A stretch of 64,000 nt of DNA, taken from the human T2T-CHM13v2.0 reference genome, Homo sapiens. Made by a program: the position numbers and the translations under genes. Numbering within the stretch: the stretch's first letter is position 1; each line of letters begins with the position of its first letter. Where the stretch lies: assembly GCF_009914755.1 (NCBI RefSeq), contig NC_060929.1. One strand, 5' to 3'. The notes below the pieces were generated by a model. That model saw only the letters and a list, made by a program, of their open reading frames with translations. It did not search any database and was not told where the DNA came from. Below are positions 27,790-41,900 of this stretch, piece by piece.

Positions 27790-28850
27790 ATTTGAATGCA
27801 TTTTGTGGTGACTGGATTTTCAAATCACATAGTAAAACACAACGCAAAAAGCATGAACAATCACAGAAAATAGTGATAAATTAGACTTCCTTAAAATTAA
27901 TAACTTATGTTCATCAAAATAAATTATTAATAAAAAACTAGCAGGACACAGACTGGAATCAGATACTTGTTAATTTGATTTTTTTACATATTTATCAGAA
28001 TACATAAAGAACAAATCAAAAACAAAAAAAGACAATTAAAGGAAAATAGCTAAAAAATTTGAATAGTATTTCATATAACAGGTTCCCAGAAGGCCAGTAA
28101 GCATATGAAAAGGCATAGGATATTATTATTAATTAGAGAAATAAAATTTAAAACCACAGTGAGATACTACCACACATCCACCAGAATCATTAAAATGAAA
28201 AACACTGACAATATCACATATGGGCACAAATGCAGAGGAACTAGGGCTCTCATACATCACTGGTAGAAATAGAAGTTAGTACTATCACTTTGTAAAATCC
28301 TTTGGCAGCATTTACTAAAGCTGAATTATGTCTACCCTACAAACCAGCCATGTTAACTCTAGCTATGTCAACTAAAAAATGAATGAGTAGATGTATTCAT
28401 CAAAAATCACAACAGACATTCATAACTGAAAAATGAAAATAAAGATCTATCAAGAGTAAAATGAAATCTCCATAGAGTATTACATCACAGTAAAAATGAA
28501 GCTAATGATTATTTATTATACCATAGGCAAGAATACACATGAATCTCACAAACACAATATTGAGCAAAAGAAAGCAAATATAAGGTATCATTCCATTTCT
28601 ATGAAGAACAAGAACAGGCAAAATCAAGTTATGGTGCTTGAAGTCAAAATGGTGGTAACTTCTAAATGGAGGAAAATTAACTGGGAAGGGATGAGAAGAG
28701 ATTTTTTAAATCTTGCTTTATATCTTGGTTCAAGTGGTAGTTATACTAGTGTACACATATGTAAAAATTCATTGGGTTGTATACTTAAGATCAATATACT
28801 TTCCTATCTGTGTATTATACCTCACTTAAGGAAAAAAAAAGAATAAATTT
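27790..28850 (+). mobile_element. L1ME-type 3' portion
   Basis: AAAACCACAGTGAGATACTACCACACATCCACCAGAAT, ATGAATCTCACAAACACAATATTGAGCAAAAGAAAGC, terminal ATTATACCTCA. Confidence 0.8.
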
Positions 28851-30729
28851 TAAAAATGCCACACAGATGTCCTAATTCCCCATGTTTTTATGAGGATTCA
28901 AAAGTGTAAGAGCCCAGAAGAGAATGGAATTGAGAATCATTTCAAATGGAAAGTCTGTGATATGACTGTGAAGTCCACATTTCTTCCTAGATAAGTTGAG
29001 CAACAAAAGAGTCTAAAAAATATTGAACTATTTTAGGGTTGTTTGGGGACAAGATGTGACAAACTGATGAGCAGAAATGATTTACATATGTTAAAATCAT
29101 CTTTCTTGATCCACAAGATCACACCAAAATGCATTTACATGCTCCTTGAAAATCAGGGAAAATAAAACTCATTCAGTGCCACAAACCCTCTCTATGAACC
29201 ATGTATACTGGTGAATTCTGTCTTGAGAAGTATTGTGTTATTAAATTACTATTTAATTTTATAAACATATCCACCTCTTCTAAAAGCACCCTCAAATAAT
29301 TATATTTTCTCTGTATTTTCAAATTACCTTCGAAAAACCCATACATGACACAGCATTAATAAAATAGCATATACAGCAGCCTTATTATTTCTAGCTAATC
29401 ATTAAAGTACAATAAACTTGACAAAAAGCATGTCTAGGCAAATATACACACTCACAAATATTATCCAATCTCTTTCCAAAGCTCCTGCATGTTGACCTTA
29501 TCAACCTAATTAGATGGTTACCCATTTCCAAAGCAAAGTTAAAAGCAGTAAACATATCCTTATGAAAAACAGGCAAAGGTTAGCTTCCTGGAGAATTGTT
29601 GTTACAATAGATGTATGACTTTTGTCAATTTGTTTTGAGAAGTGACAATTGCTACTGGAATAATCTGTTTTATGTTTGTTTCACTGACATAATCTAGTAG
29701 CTCTTGTTGAACATAACATTTTAGAACTGAAAGAGACCTTAGGAATAATGTAGTTCATTTTCCTCATTCAAGAAGTGAGAAAACTGAGCACCAGAAAGTT
29801 TTCAATACTTGCTCCACGTCAGATATGTGGGATACACCTAAGTTACCTTACAAATATAATTTAGAATCAGTCTATGAGCTATGAAGTCTACAGTAAATAA
29901 CACATATCTCACAAAGAGAATTTCAGTTTACAAATTCTGAGGAAGCTACCATCTCCATTGAAATATTGGCATGGTTCTTGAGTTACGTTTTGAAATGCAA
30001 ACCAGTGGTTCTAAACCTCAAAACTAATGGGCATCTAAACTAAGGCCGGGACCTTAGATATGGCAAGAAAAGGATATTTTAAAAATGAGTTCACTGCTGC
30101 AGAGCACGCAAAGTGTGGTTTGCAGATCCTTGGTCTGTGTCACTGGTCCATGATGAAATAAGATGCTTGCAGCTAAGTCAGTAAGTCCACTATTTACTTC
30201 AGCTGACCTTTCTTTCATAGAAACATTTCTTTGTGAAGGAAGCAGCATACAGATTTATGTTCTGGCACAAGCTCATCTTGTCCTAGATAACAAGGCAAAG
30301 TTTGCATATTGGCTACTTGAATGGACTAGTATAGTTCACATGTCAGAATTATCTTGATTAGGAAAGAGGAAGCTGGATTACTTATATCATATCATCAGCA
30401 ATCATTGCTTCAGGCCTATGTCCTGGGGGTGTGGAGAAAAAACTCCCAGGTCTCCAGGCTTGTGGGTGGCAGTGGGGGCGGTTTGCTTGCAGCCTGTCCA
30501 CAAGATCAGGTGCTAGTTGTTGGTTGGGAGTAATGCACACTGCATGAGTGCATGAAAAAGGTAAAGGACTCCAAGATGATAAGAAAGGGACACTAACCTA
30601 ACAGCATTTGCTAATTTGCCCAGGAAGTATACAATTTATCCTAGAGCATTGTGTCTTGCTACATATGGTCTTCATCTCTTCTGTTTCATCTCTAATGGCA
30701 ACCTATCCCATTTCACCTCACTCTATACC

Positions 30730-30908
30730 ACTGGTTTCACATTTTGCTTACAGATTGTAATCACCTGGGGACTTTTAGAAACTACTGATGCCTGAGTTCT
30801 TCACCCAACTATCCTGATTTTATTGGTCTAGTAAGGCCTAGATATTGGAGATTTTTACATTCTCCCTCAGGTGATCCTATTGTGCAGCCAAGACTGAGAA
30901 CAACTGCT
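30730..30908. mobile_element. MER5B hAT-Charlie MITE
   Basis: AATCACCTGGGGA...ACTGATGCCTGAG...CTGATTTTATTGGTCT...CAGGTGATCCTATTGTGCAGCCAAGACTGAGAACAACTG. Confidence 0.85.
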
Positions 30909-31804
30909 CTAAGCTTTTATACTAAATGACTTACAATTCCATGAGGTTGACATGGAATGACTTTGTTTGCCATGCCATGAACATTGCAGAAAAAACCTTC
31001 CCCATCTTTGCCTTCAATTGATATTTAAAATGCTATTCATTCTTTAAGGCTCAATTCAGCCATTTTTCTCAATTACAATGGTTAATAAACACATGAACAA
31101 AGTGTTCACTATGCTTATCAAAGCATAGTGAAATACCTACTTCACTTACCTATTAAAATAAGTCCTTTAATAGACTACTGGTAAATGTGTATAATAATTT
31201 AAACCCTGTAGAAAGCAATATGAAAATGTGAAACATATTCTTTGATCTAGAACGTTTTGGAAACCCTAGCCCAAGGAAATAATCCTCAACACTAAAGATC
31301 ACCCTTTATGAACAACTCCACTGCATTATTTAAATAATGAGAAACAACCTAAAGGTCTATCAGTAACAGAACGGTTACATAAATTATAAATAGTCTTACA
31401 ATGGAATATAACAATTGAAAGTGATGCTTAAAAATAGTCTTTAATAATTTGGAGGACTGTTTATACTGTAAGGCCAACCACACATACACACACACATTTA
31501 CACACACAAACACAATCAATTTACAAAATCTCAAATACCAAACGTTCTTATTTATTTTTTAAATGCATGAAAAAAGACTGGGAAGTACATCAAAATAAAA
31601 TAAATCAACAATTATTCCAGAAGTGGAGATTATAAATATAAAAATAATATATTATTAAAATTATCTACAATTACCATGTGTTTACTTATTTGAAAAATAT
31701 ATGTACCTTAGTTTCTCCTTTTAATATTTTCCCTTCTGTATTAATTTCTCTCTTATCAATTATATGGCTTATTTGTCTTTCATGTTCCTTGGATTATGCC
31801 TTGT

Positions 31805-33080
31805 ATTTTTTATCAGGGTATAATTTACATATAATCTTCAGAACATAAGTGTACTGTTGAGTTGATTTTGATAAATTTGATGGAATATTTCCATTACCCC
31901 AAAAGTTTCCTTTTACCCACTCCCAGTAAATCTGCCTACTATCCCTGTGAGAAGCAATGACACATAGGATTTCTATCACCTACAGTTCTGCCTGTTCTAG
32001 GATTGCATACAAGTCGAATAATATGGTATATATTATCTTTTTCTTCTTTCACTCAGAATAATATTTCTGAAATTTATTAACTTTATTGCATTCATTAGTA
32101 GTTCTCTTTTATCACTGAGGCATTTCCAATGTGTGAATATACTACAGTTTGTTTATCCAGACTCCTGTGAACATCCGGGCTGTTACCTAGTTTGGCTATT
32201 ATAAATAAAGCTGCTATGAACATTCTTGTACAAGGTTTTGAGGGACTTTCATTCCATTTCCCTGGGATAAATACCTGTGTGGTAGCCAGACTCCAAAAAC
32301 AGCATGCAATAGTCCTTGCTTCCTTATCTCAATGCTCTTGCATAGCCACACCCTTCTCCCCGCACATACATACATCATACACTCAATAGGACTAATTTAT
32401 GAAATTAATAGGATATTTCACAAAACTATGGAGTATGACTTTTGAAGTGAGGTCATAAAAGCTTCCACCTTGCTCTCTATTGAATCATTCACTCCAGGGC
32501 ACGTCAGCTTCCAGGAGGACACTCACGCAGCACTATATGGGATCCACATGGCAAGGAACTGAGGTCTCTGGCCAACTGTCATCCTCAATTTGTTAGTCAT
32601 ATGAGTAACCTGTATTGGAAGCAGAGCCTCCAGCCCCAGTCAAGCTTTCAGGGGACTGGAGACCTGGCCAACATATTACCTGAAATCTCATGAAAGACTC
32701 TGAGTCCAAACCACCTAAACCCTCATCTGAATTACTGATTCCCCAGAAATTGAAATGATACGTGTTTATTCTTGTTATAAGCCATTAACATTGTGCTAAT
32801 TTGTTATCCAGATGACTAATACAATTTAGGAATAGAATTTATAGATCATAGGGTAGATGTACATTCAACTCTTTAAGGGATACTGAACGTTTTCCGAGTT
32901 GGGTATGCCATTTCCATTACCAGAGTTATAATTGCTCCATATCTATCTTTGCTAATACATGGCATAGTTAGTCTTTTTCATTTTAGCCATTCTCATAAAT
33001 GTATAGTGGTATCTCAATGAGGTTTAAATTTATATCTCTCTGATGACTAATAAAAGTAAACATTTCATATGTTTATTATG
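31805..33080 (-). mobile_element. Old L1 (L1M) 3' region, interrupted by an MLT1 LTR
   Basis: TTGGCTATTATAAATAAAGCTGCTATGAACATTCTTGTACAAG; resumes after the LTR with CATTTTAGCCATTCT...GTAGTGGTATCTCA. Confidence 0.8.
32278..32823 (+). mobile_element. MLT1F-like MaLR solo LTR
   Basis: TGTGGTAGCCAGACTCCAA start, CCACATGGCAAGGAACTGAGG, CCTCCAGCCCCAGTCAAGC, terminal GACTAATACA. Confidence 0.85.
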
Positions 33081-34644
33081 GGCCTTGTGGTTTATATATT
33101 TTTAATATTCCTTTCACAGGACTGTTAATAAGCATTAACCATGGAACTTGGTACTAATTAGGGATTAATGAATGTTTGATGAAGAAATGAACAGGTTTTT
33201 GCTGTCAAAACTTACAAATAGAGGTAACTGTGAGCTCTTTTAAAGATATGAATTGTAAATTGCACAATATAAGCTATAACTCAATTACTGGGTGGTAGAT
33301 ATTTATAATGAGATGTTAAAAGTTTTCCTTCTTTTCATTTCCTAAGCAAAAATATGTAAATGCTTCCTCTTTCTTATTTACTGGGATCCTTCTTGTTAAG
33401 TGTGGTTGGCACTGCACTGAATGTCTTGCAGGACAGGGTGGGAATAGAGTGACCCTTAGTACATGGAGGCAACAGTGAGATACTCAGGACTCTGAGTTAA
33501 ATTAGGAAAATCAACATATAACAAATGAAATCTGATCTCTGAGGAGATCCTTGAAAGACGCCATATTACAAAGTCCCAAACAAGCTTTGAGTATACCTAA
33601 TTAACAGTATAAACATACCTATCGATTAAGTTTGTCATTACTTGTGGAATGGTCACATTAGAAGGAAATCAATGGTAACCAGGAAGCCAGAATCTGCTAT
33701 AATTTATTTAGCACGTATGGAAGAGAACAATACTGAATGAGGGCATGGGACACCACAAGAATTCTAAGCACCAAAGAGCTGTTCTCTATTGTAAGGCAGA
33801 AGTGGTTCATCAGGCTCATGATGACCCACAAGACAGAGCTTCTCCTATTACCTTTGTTCAGAACTTCTGATGACTGAATGGCCTGATGACTAATTTATCC
33901 TCCTAGCATGAGTACATACTGGAGCAGACACAATGGTTCTGATCACAACCGAAAAACCATTCCCACTGTAAAAGAATAAATGGACACAGGAAGAGATGAG
34001 CTAATCAGATAATGGGGATTTTCTAATTGGCTTACCGGCTGTACTTCACATATTTAATTACTATGGTAGATATTGATCTCACAAGCTGCAAACTCAATTG
34101 TGCTAAAAAATAACTGTTTCATTTTTCTATTACTATTCTTAATTCTCAAACTCCATTTTTTCCTACTGGCAAATAACCAACTTAGTTCAAGATGATAGTC
34201 TTCAGACAAATCACAGTTTCTTCTGCCATATGAGGATATTCCCAGTGAAATGAAGGTTCCTCACCATCCCCCCTTTTTCCTGGGTAGTGTCTAAGACTTA
34301 GAGAGTAAGTGGGTGGCTAGCAAGGCTGCAGTGTTGTACAACTCCAATGATACCAATCATGGCAGTATTGTTTGCTTCTCTGTCAACATTTGTCCATGCT
34401 AATGCCCACTGCTGATGTGCAAATGAATGAGTTTTCCTGTTCAAACTTAAAAAAAGAGGCTCCCCTGAGGTCCTTTTAAGGTAGATATTGCATAATTACA
34501 AAATATAATCTATAGCATTGTTCCCAAGTGTTCCCTTGGGAGTCAGTTTGTGAGTTCTTCTCTGACCAAAAGACTTCTTGAGGTTGAAGTTAGACAACTC
34601 TGTCTATTGCAGCCCTCTTCTAAGAGCACATGAAGAGCTATGAC

Positions 34645-35170
34645 CTGGTTATCTATTGTGGGGAAGTAAACCATCCAAAACTTAATGGCCACAACAATAA
34701 TTATTTTTATAATGTTCATGCCCCACGGGTCATATTTTTAAGAACTGGGTTGTGTGATTCTGCTTCCCTTGGGTCACTTGGTGGTGTTTCACTGTGGCTG
34801 AACTGGTTTGGAAATCCAAGATGGCTTCATTCACATGCCAGTCATCTTGGTGAGATGGATGGAAGACAGGACTTAACTGAGCTCCTCCCTCTCCCCTACA
34901 GGCAGTCTCAGCACCTCCCCAGGTAGGCTCTCCAGCAGCATGGTCAGACTTGTTATGTGACAGCTGGCTTTCTTTGTGGGGAGCATTCTAAGAAATCTAA
35001 GTGAAAGCTGCAAAACTTCTTGTTATCTAGCCTTGGAAGTCACAGATGCTCATTTATGCTGCATTCTATTCATCAATTAAGCCACCAGGCTAGCCCACAT
35101 TCAAGGGGAGAGGAATTAGACTCTGTCCCTTCATGGGAGGTAGAAAGAATTCGTGGCCATTTTTAATCTG
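34645..35170 (-). mobile_element. MLT1H-like MaLR LTR
   Basis: CCAAAACTTAATGGC, CCAAGATGGCTTCATTCACATG, CTAGCCTTGGAAGTCACA, ATTCAAGGGGAGAGGAATTAGACTC. Confidence 0.8.
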
Positions 35171-36009
35171 GGGGAGGCGGGGAGAGGGAAAGAGCAAGCC
35201 ACTCTAGGGATCATAAGAAACTCAGTGAAGTTAACTTAGGCTTTCTTGGCCCAAGATACCACATCATGCTGTATTATAGCATCACCCCTATTCAACTGGT
35301 GTCATACTATCCCAGGATATGACAAAATTCCAGCATCTGGGTATTTTCCCAGGTACCACCTGGGAAGCAAGGGACAGGTCCTTCTGCTCTTGGAGCCTCA
35401 AATTCATTTCAGACTATTATCGCTGCCTCCTCAGGGATCTCGGTTTTGCAGTGGGGTGCAGGGCAGAGAACTTTTCAGGGACCAACATCTGCATTTACTT
35501 CATTTTCATCTTCCCTAGTTCCTTTGTTCTACCCATGTCAAGAGGATCTTCATCATTAGTCAACAGGCAGAGCAAACAGGGCTTGACTGAATGAATTTTC
35601 TTACTTGCCTCGTATTTATACCAGGGCTTTAGAATTTCAAACTCAAAGACCATTAATAAACGTTTTTTTCCTCCATTAGATTTTAGTCTAATAAAATCTC
35701 CCTTCTCTGAGGCACAGAGACTGAGATCTAGATTGAAGAGGCAAACAGAACTACAGGTAAAAGGGATTGCATGAAAAAAAAAAATCACCTCAGTAATTGT
35801 TTCAAAATATTTTCCTGTCACTTTTATAAATGGAGCTTCTGTCTCTTACATTAGTCACTATTAGGTTCATTTGTTCAATCATCTGAGAGACTGTGAGATG
35901 ATTAAATCTGGGATCACTGATAAAACTGAATTGCTCAACCTGCAAAGCTGAGAACCCAACTCCTCACTTTGCTGAATTCTAACATGGGAACTCTCTGGGG
36001 TTCCACTTT

Positions 36010-36270
36010 ATAATAATGGTAACTAAAAGCTACCTTTTGTTTAATGGGTACCTAACACTCTACTAAGTGCTGTACAGTACATATATTACCTCATTTAAAT
36101 AGAATAAAAATCTTATGAGATAGATCATATTACTATTTATATTTTACAGATAGAAAAACTGAGGCACAGAATGATTAAGCAACTTGGAGAAGGTCACATA
36201 GTGACAGAATCAGAATTTATACCTTGGTAATCTCATTTTAGAGTTCATGCTCCTAACGACTGGGCTACTG
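36010..36270 (-). mobile_element. MIR
   Basis: ATTTTACAGATAGAAAAACTGAGGCACAGA...AAGGTCACATAG. Confidence 0.85.
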
Positions 36271-37152
36271 ACACATTAATTTTTGTTTTGAAACTGTAAC
36301 AAAATATTAAATCAATAAGTATATGGATATGCAGGTTAAATATAGCTAGAACAAAAAGCATAATAGCAAACCTAGAGAATATAATGGATATATAAAGGTA
36401 CAATAGTCTAAATCCTGTCAACTTTGTTATTTGAATATAAACCTCAAAAATATTTTAATAAATCAAAGTATTTGGATATTTCTTGAAAGGAAAGTAACAA
36501 CCTGTAAATTGACCATTAAGTGCTTCTTATTGACATGAAAAGGGTTCTTTAAAGTGACTGTGCTAAGAAATCTTTCTTTATATCCATGTCACATATGGTG
36601 ACAGCTGAGGTTAACTTCCTAATTCCCAGTTGTGAACTATAAAAACAAAGTACTAGACTTCAAGAGATTAGAACTATAATATTACAGTGACAATCAATCC
36701 TAAATCACAGCTGCTCAAATAAATCAAACAGGGTGCCCCAGAGAACCAAAGAAAAAACCCAGTTGGAATGAACCTTCACAAAAATAATGTAAGCCTTAAT
36801 GCATGTGCCTTGACTCCAGATAGTTTTATAAATGTAGAAAAGATGCCTTGAAATGCAGACATTTAATTTTTTATTTGAAAAACAGCGTTATTTTTTAAGT
36901 GCATTTTTAACAACCTCTTTCTTTTAATGCTGCAAGGAAGGTCAACTGTAGGCAAAAGCTAAAAGAAAGCAGGCTGGAATCAGAAGAAACAAGAGTTAAG
37001 GCTACCCTAAACTGGAATGTGGTTTCAAGAGTGGTACTGGTTTCTTCTTCTGTTCTCATTTTTCCCCAAACTCTTTGTCATCAATGCCATCTGACACTTC
37101 CAGTCCCAAGCCATCCTTCTTTACTCAGGTGTCTTTGTTAATTTCTACACAT

Positions 37153-37175
37153 CACACACACACACACACACACAC
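37153..37175 (+). repeat. (CA)n microsatellite
   Basis: About 11 CA units. Confidence 0.9.
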
Positions 37176-37694
37176 CACCTGGATATTAATATTTTAAATG
37201 GTATTAAACTAACTTCACCATCCCAACCCATAATCTTGATTAATTCTAACCTCGCCATCCCAAATTCTAACCTTGAAGATGAGTCTGTCATCTTCAGTCT
37301 ATATTAAAATAATTTCCAATCAGTCTTTGAACAAACCACCTATTTTTTGACAGAGGGAAAAATATACAAACAGATAGATATATAGATAGATACACATACA
37401 CACATATGCACATAGTGCATAAACACATAATTATACCTAACTTCTTGAATATTTAAAGTTTCCCCAATCAGTCACAAAAACAAAATATGTTTCTACAATC
37501 AGAATTTAAATGGGACAGTCAGAATCACAGTAAGCCATTAGTTATTAAATAACATAACATAGGTGGATATGCCTAATATATGATTGGCATTTGGTAATTA
37601 TTAGTACCCTTTCCCTTTCAGTTGTGCATAAAATATAAAGATTAGAGAACTGACTGTATGTAAAAAGGATAGTGAGAAATATTTCATACGATTC

Positions 37695-37812
37695 CCAGAA
37701 TGTAAGTTCCATGAGGTCAGGGACTTTGTTTTGTTCATTGATAGATCCTTAGCACCCGGATGAGTCCCTGGCTACAGCAGCATTCCAGAAGTATATATTG
37801 AACAAATGATTG
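37695..37812 (+). mobile_element. L2a 3' end
   Basis: AGAATGTAAGTTCCATGAGGTCAGGGACTTTGTTTTGTTCATTG...TATTGAACAAATGA. Confidence 0.85.
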
Positions 37813-37818
37813 TGTGAT

Positions 37819-37991
37819 AGGAAAGAGGGAAATAAGGGTAGAAGGGAGGGAAGGGAGGAGGAGAGGAAGGGTAGAAGGGAGGGAAGGGAGGAGGAGAGGA
37901 AAGGAGGAAGGGGGAGAGAGGGAGGGAGGGAGGAAAGGGAAGGAGGGAGGGAGGGAGGGAGGAAGGAACGAAGGAAAGAAGGAAGGAAGGG
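37819..37991 (+). repeat. GGA/GGAA polypurine repeat with an internal 33-bp tandem duplication
   Basis: AAGGGTAGAAGGGAGGGAAGGGAGGAGGAGAGG at 37834-37866 and 37867-37899, then (GGGA)n/(GGAA)n. Confidence 0.92.
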
Positions 37992-38799
37992 TTTTACTTT
38001 TGTAAAAACCTCCTAATTAGTCTTTGCACATTCACTCTTGGCCTCTTAAATTGGTTCTCCACACAAAGGATAGATTTATTTTTACAAATTGTCAGTCTTG
38101 TTATTTGCCATGATCTTCAGCTGATCTCTTAAATATTTCAGTGCTATTCTATTGTTCTTACAAATTCTTATCATAGCCAGTAAGTCCCTATGTGCTCTGG
38201 CTCCCATTTTTTCATTGCAGTCGCACGTCACATCACTTTTTCCCTAACTTCCTGCACTATAATCACATTGTCTACATTCATTTCCTCAAACACCCTTCTC
38301 CCCTCAATGTCATGCTCTCTCGCACCTCAAGGTCGCCTGCTGGAATGCATCTCTCCCATTGCCCATCACTTTACTCTTCTACTCTACTCTCCTTGCCCTT
38401 TAAATAATTCAAACACACATCTCTTTCTCAGGGAATATTATCCTGACTTCCCTTTCCTAATATTCATGTACTCTCGTGGCACCCTATACTTTCCCTCTAC
38501 CATTTATAATATAGTTTATAACTATAAACACACACATGAACACATATATTTATTTAGTTATTTGATTATATCTGCCTCTCCTCATAAACTGTCACCTCTG
38601 CAAATCAAGGTCATGTCTGCTTGATATACAGAAGATATTTTTCAGAGATTAGCAAAGGCTATGCAAAGCCCTACTAATAGGAACTAGGTCTAACTAAATC
38701 CATCTATCCACGACACAACAGAGTATATGGGTAACTAGTATTTCTCATAATGAACAGAGAAATATCACATGCCATTTGAATGAATCAATAAATGATCAT

Positions 38800-39325
38800 G
38801 CAGGAGATGATTACTTGGGTGCCCCCCAATGAGCTGTGCTTCCCAGCATTCACATCCTTGTATCCTCCTCTCTCCTTGAATCTGGGTTGGCACTGTGACT
38901 TCCTTTAACCAATAAATAGAATGCTGCAAAAGCAAGCTGTGCCAATTCTGGGTTTAAGGATTAAGAAGGCCTGGAAATTTTTATTTTTGTATTTTTGGGT
39001 ACCCTGAGCTGCTGTGTAAGAAGCTAAACTACCAAAAAAAACAAAAAACAAAAAACAAAAAAACAAAAAGCCACATGGAATGACTATGTGAAAAGAGAGA
39101 GGCCCAGAAACTATACAGAGAGCGAGAAGTCATCCCAGCATCCCAACTGAGCCTAGCTCCAGCTCACTGCAAACCTGCCTGCTAAATACAGCCGTGAGTG
39201 ACTGCCAGCCACAAAACTACCCAGCTGGGCCCATGTCAGATTAAAGAATCATGACAAATAGTGAGAATGGCTATGGTTTTAAGCCATTAAATTTTAGGGC
39301 ATTTGTTATGCAGCAATATATAAGG
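38800..39325 (+). mobile_element. MLT1G/H-like MaLR LTR containing an (AAAAAAC)n tract
   Basis: CTCCTTGAATCTGGGTTGGCACTGTGACTT, GGTTTTAAGCCATTAAATTTTAGGG...TTGTTATGCAGCAATA. Confidence 0.75.
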
Positions 39326-41439
39326 TAACGGCTGGGAACTAAGAATAGTTAGGGATCAATTTAAAACAATTTCAATATAAGTCTGCTGATACATCTAGAT
39401 TTTGAAATATCAATATTCTCTTCTTTCTGCACGTAATAAGAAGCCAAGCATTGGAAAGCTGAAAATTTTGAGACACTGTAAGACTATAATTTAATAGTAG
39501 AAGTATATGTGGCTCACCATTCATAAAAAATAAACATCCTGGCACTTCAATATATTCACTTCAGAACTTTGGTCCTCTTTTAAGAGCAATCTTTAGCCAG
39601 TATTATGTTTTCAGCTTATGATGTATTATTTGCATTTTAAAACGACAACCACAAGATCAAGTCATTCCTCTCACAAGGTTAACATATCTATTTTTCTTAT
39701 AAAGCATTGTTTTTGTCAGTCACAATGTTTTATCCTGAGATTAGCCTAAGATGCTTGATCACAATGTTCTTAAAGATTGCTAAAGTTTTTTACGCTAAAG
39801 AATAAAAGAAAAATATTTAAATCTTGAACTAGTTTTCAGAATATTTCAGAGAAGCTAGGAAAATATAAGTATCATCATCCTTAATTTGTAAATGGTCTCC
39901 TGAGTTCTGAAGGATGGTATTATTTGCCAAATGCCAATGGAAAACTCCATGCTATCAAGACAGGTCTCCTTCAACAGTTGTCATAACAACTGATATGTTC
40001 ATGTCCTAGATTCTGGCCCACTTACTATCATCAAAAGTAAATTCCTGTACAATCAGTTTCTTTGAACAATCACTTGGGTTTAGCTTTTAGAACTGCAGTT
40101 TAGAAGTAGTAGATCAATTGGCAAGAATCAGCACTTGATTTTGAATACTTCCACAGCTGCAAGCATAGCAGTTATTCAGCAAGGTTTCATTAGAGAAATC
40201 TGGAATTCAGCCCAATCAGTTTGGATAAAAAATAGTCTTACATAACTCTTCTTCATTCTAATGGCAGTTTAGCCTCCTCACAGAAGAAACTATTTCTGCT
40301 GAAGGGGCATTTTCACTCAATCACATTAATTGTTTGGATAGTGCTGACCACATAACACCCAAGCTCTTCAAAAGAAAGGACACATCAAAATAGGGCAACA
40401 AGCATCTGGGAGGCTGTGCTGGATTACAACTGGGATTTTATGCTTATTGTTGATTTTGTTTTCAATTAGCAATAAATTATGAAAGGCTTAAATTCAATTT
40501 TAAAAAACAATGATTTTAAAGTGAGAAACTAAAATGTGAATCTAGAAACTCTTTAAAAACATCTTGAGGGCTTTATTGATTTTCAAATGAGTTTTTAATT
40601 ATTTTGAAATAGTGGAGTTTTTGAAGAAATCATTCAATAAAATTACTAGACTAGAGGTTCTGAAGAAAAAACAAGTCCCCATTCTTGAACACTGCTACCT
40701 AGACAAAAGTGGGCAAATGTGATGTCCTTTGCAAAGTGGAAACTTATTCTAGTTGGATTTTTCATTCCTTGCAAACCACCCATATCCCGAGTGGGTGAAT
40801 TATTCTAGATTCTCTCTCTGCCACTAGAAGAGGGACTTTCACCACCAATGTAATTCATTCTTGTTTTGGCAAAAACAACTGTGGACTACTGATTTTAACT
40901 GAGGTTGACATAACACTTTTAGGAAAGGAGAAGCTGGGCCTTCTTTCAATATTACAAAAGTATTCCATGATCTTTGACACAATGATGTTTGGCTAAAGAG
41001 AACTTTGAGTCAATGATAGAGGAAAAGTGCTAGACTAAATGAATATGATGACATAAGTAAAGGTCTCAACCACTATTTTGTTTACACAATCTTCATTGAG
41101 GAGTTTTCTAAAATCATTTGGCAGCCTAAAGTGAAGTGGAGCTTAGGATGCAATGGAAATTTAAACATCATCCATCAGAAATAGGTAGGCTTTGGCATAA
41201 ACTCTAGAAGATGTCAGTTGAAACCCTTAGTTCTGGCAGGAACAGGGGTTAAGGTTTGCTTTCTTCGCTGATCTCTCATTATTCTTACTGTTCACATGGA
41301 GAATGCAGTGATGACCTGGGGAATGTTAAAGGTAGAAGTTTGTTACAGAGGAAAGAAAATGTGTGTTCACGCATAAAAGAAAAAGAAATATAATTGGGAA
41401 TACTTCATAAAGTAGAAAGAAATTAAAACTATGTATTTT

Positions 41440-41900
41440 TGTTGGGTGGGGAGAACAGATTCATTCTTCCATTTTCTGATAGTGACAGCATGATCTTCCT
41501 TGGTGAATCCACACTTCTCATCTCTCATCTCAGGCAGTCTTGGTGCACGACACTGTCCTAGCTATAGTGATTAGTTCAATTGGGGTCATATGACCTGCAT
41601 CAGTCTTGTGAGATGCAATCCTGAGACTTTTATTTAAAACAAATAGAGAAGCTATTGTTCTATTGAGGTTGCTGAAACAATAAGATATAAACTTTGTGGC
41701 AAATTATTTATGTTGGTGACAGGGTTGTAGGAGTAAAGTCTACTTGAATGAAGCCAATAAAGAGAAAAACTGAGCTGTGCAATGGAAAAAAAAATGATCT
41801 TAATGATATTTTTCTAGCCTGGGATCCAGATCTAACCCTAGAATTTTCAATGATAGGATCCATTTAAGTTGGATTATCATCACTTGCAACCAGTATGTCC
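41440..41900 (+). mobile_element. MLT1K/L-like LTR, degenerate
   Basis: GGTCATATGACC, AATCCTGAGACTTTT, GAATGAAGCCAAT, TTTAAGTTGGATT...CACTTGCAACC. Confidence 0.6.

Noticed and set aside
35346-35366. 9-bp inverted repeat TTCCCAGGT-ACC-ACCTGGGAA
   Set aside because: The stem is too short to distinguish from chance in 64 kb.
37810-38016. G/R/E-rich ORFs
   Set aside because: Translation of a polypurine simple repeat.
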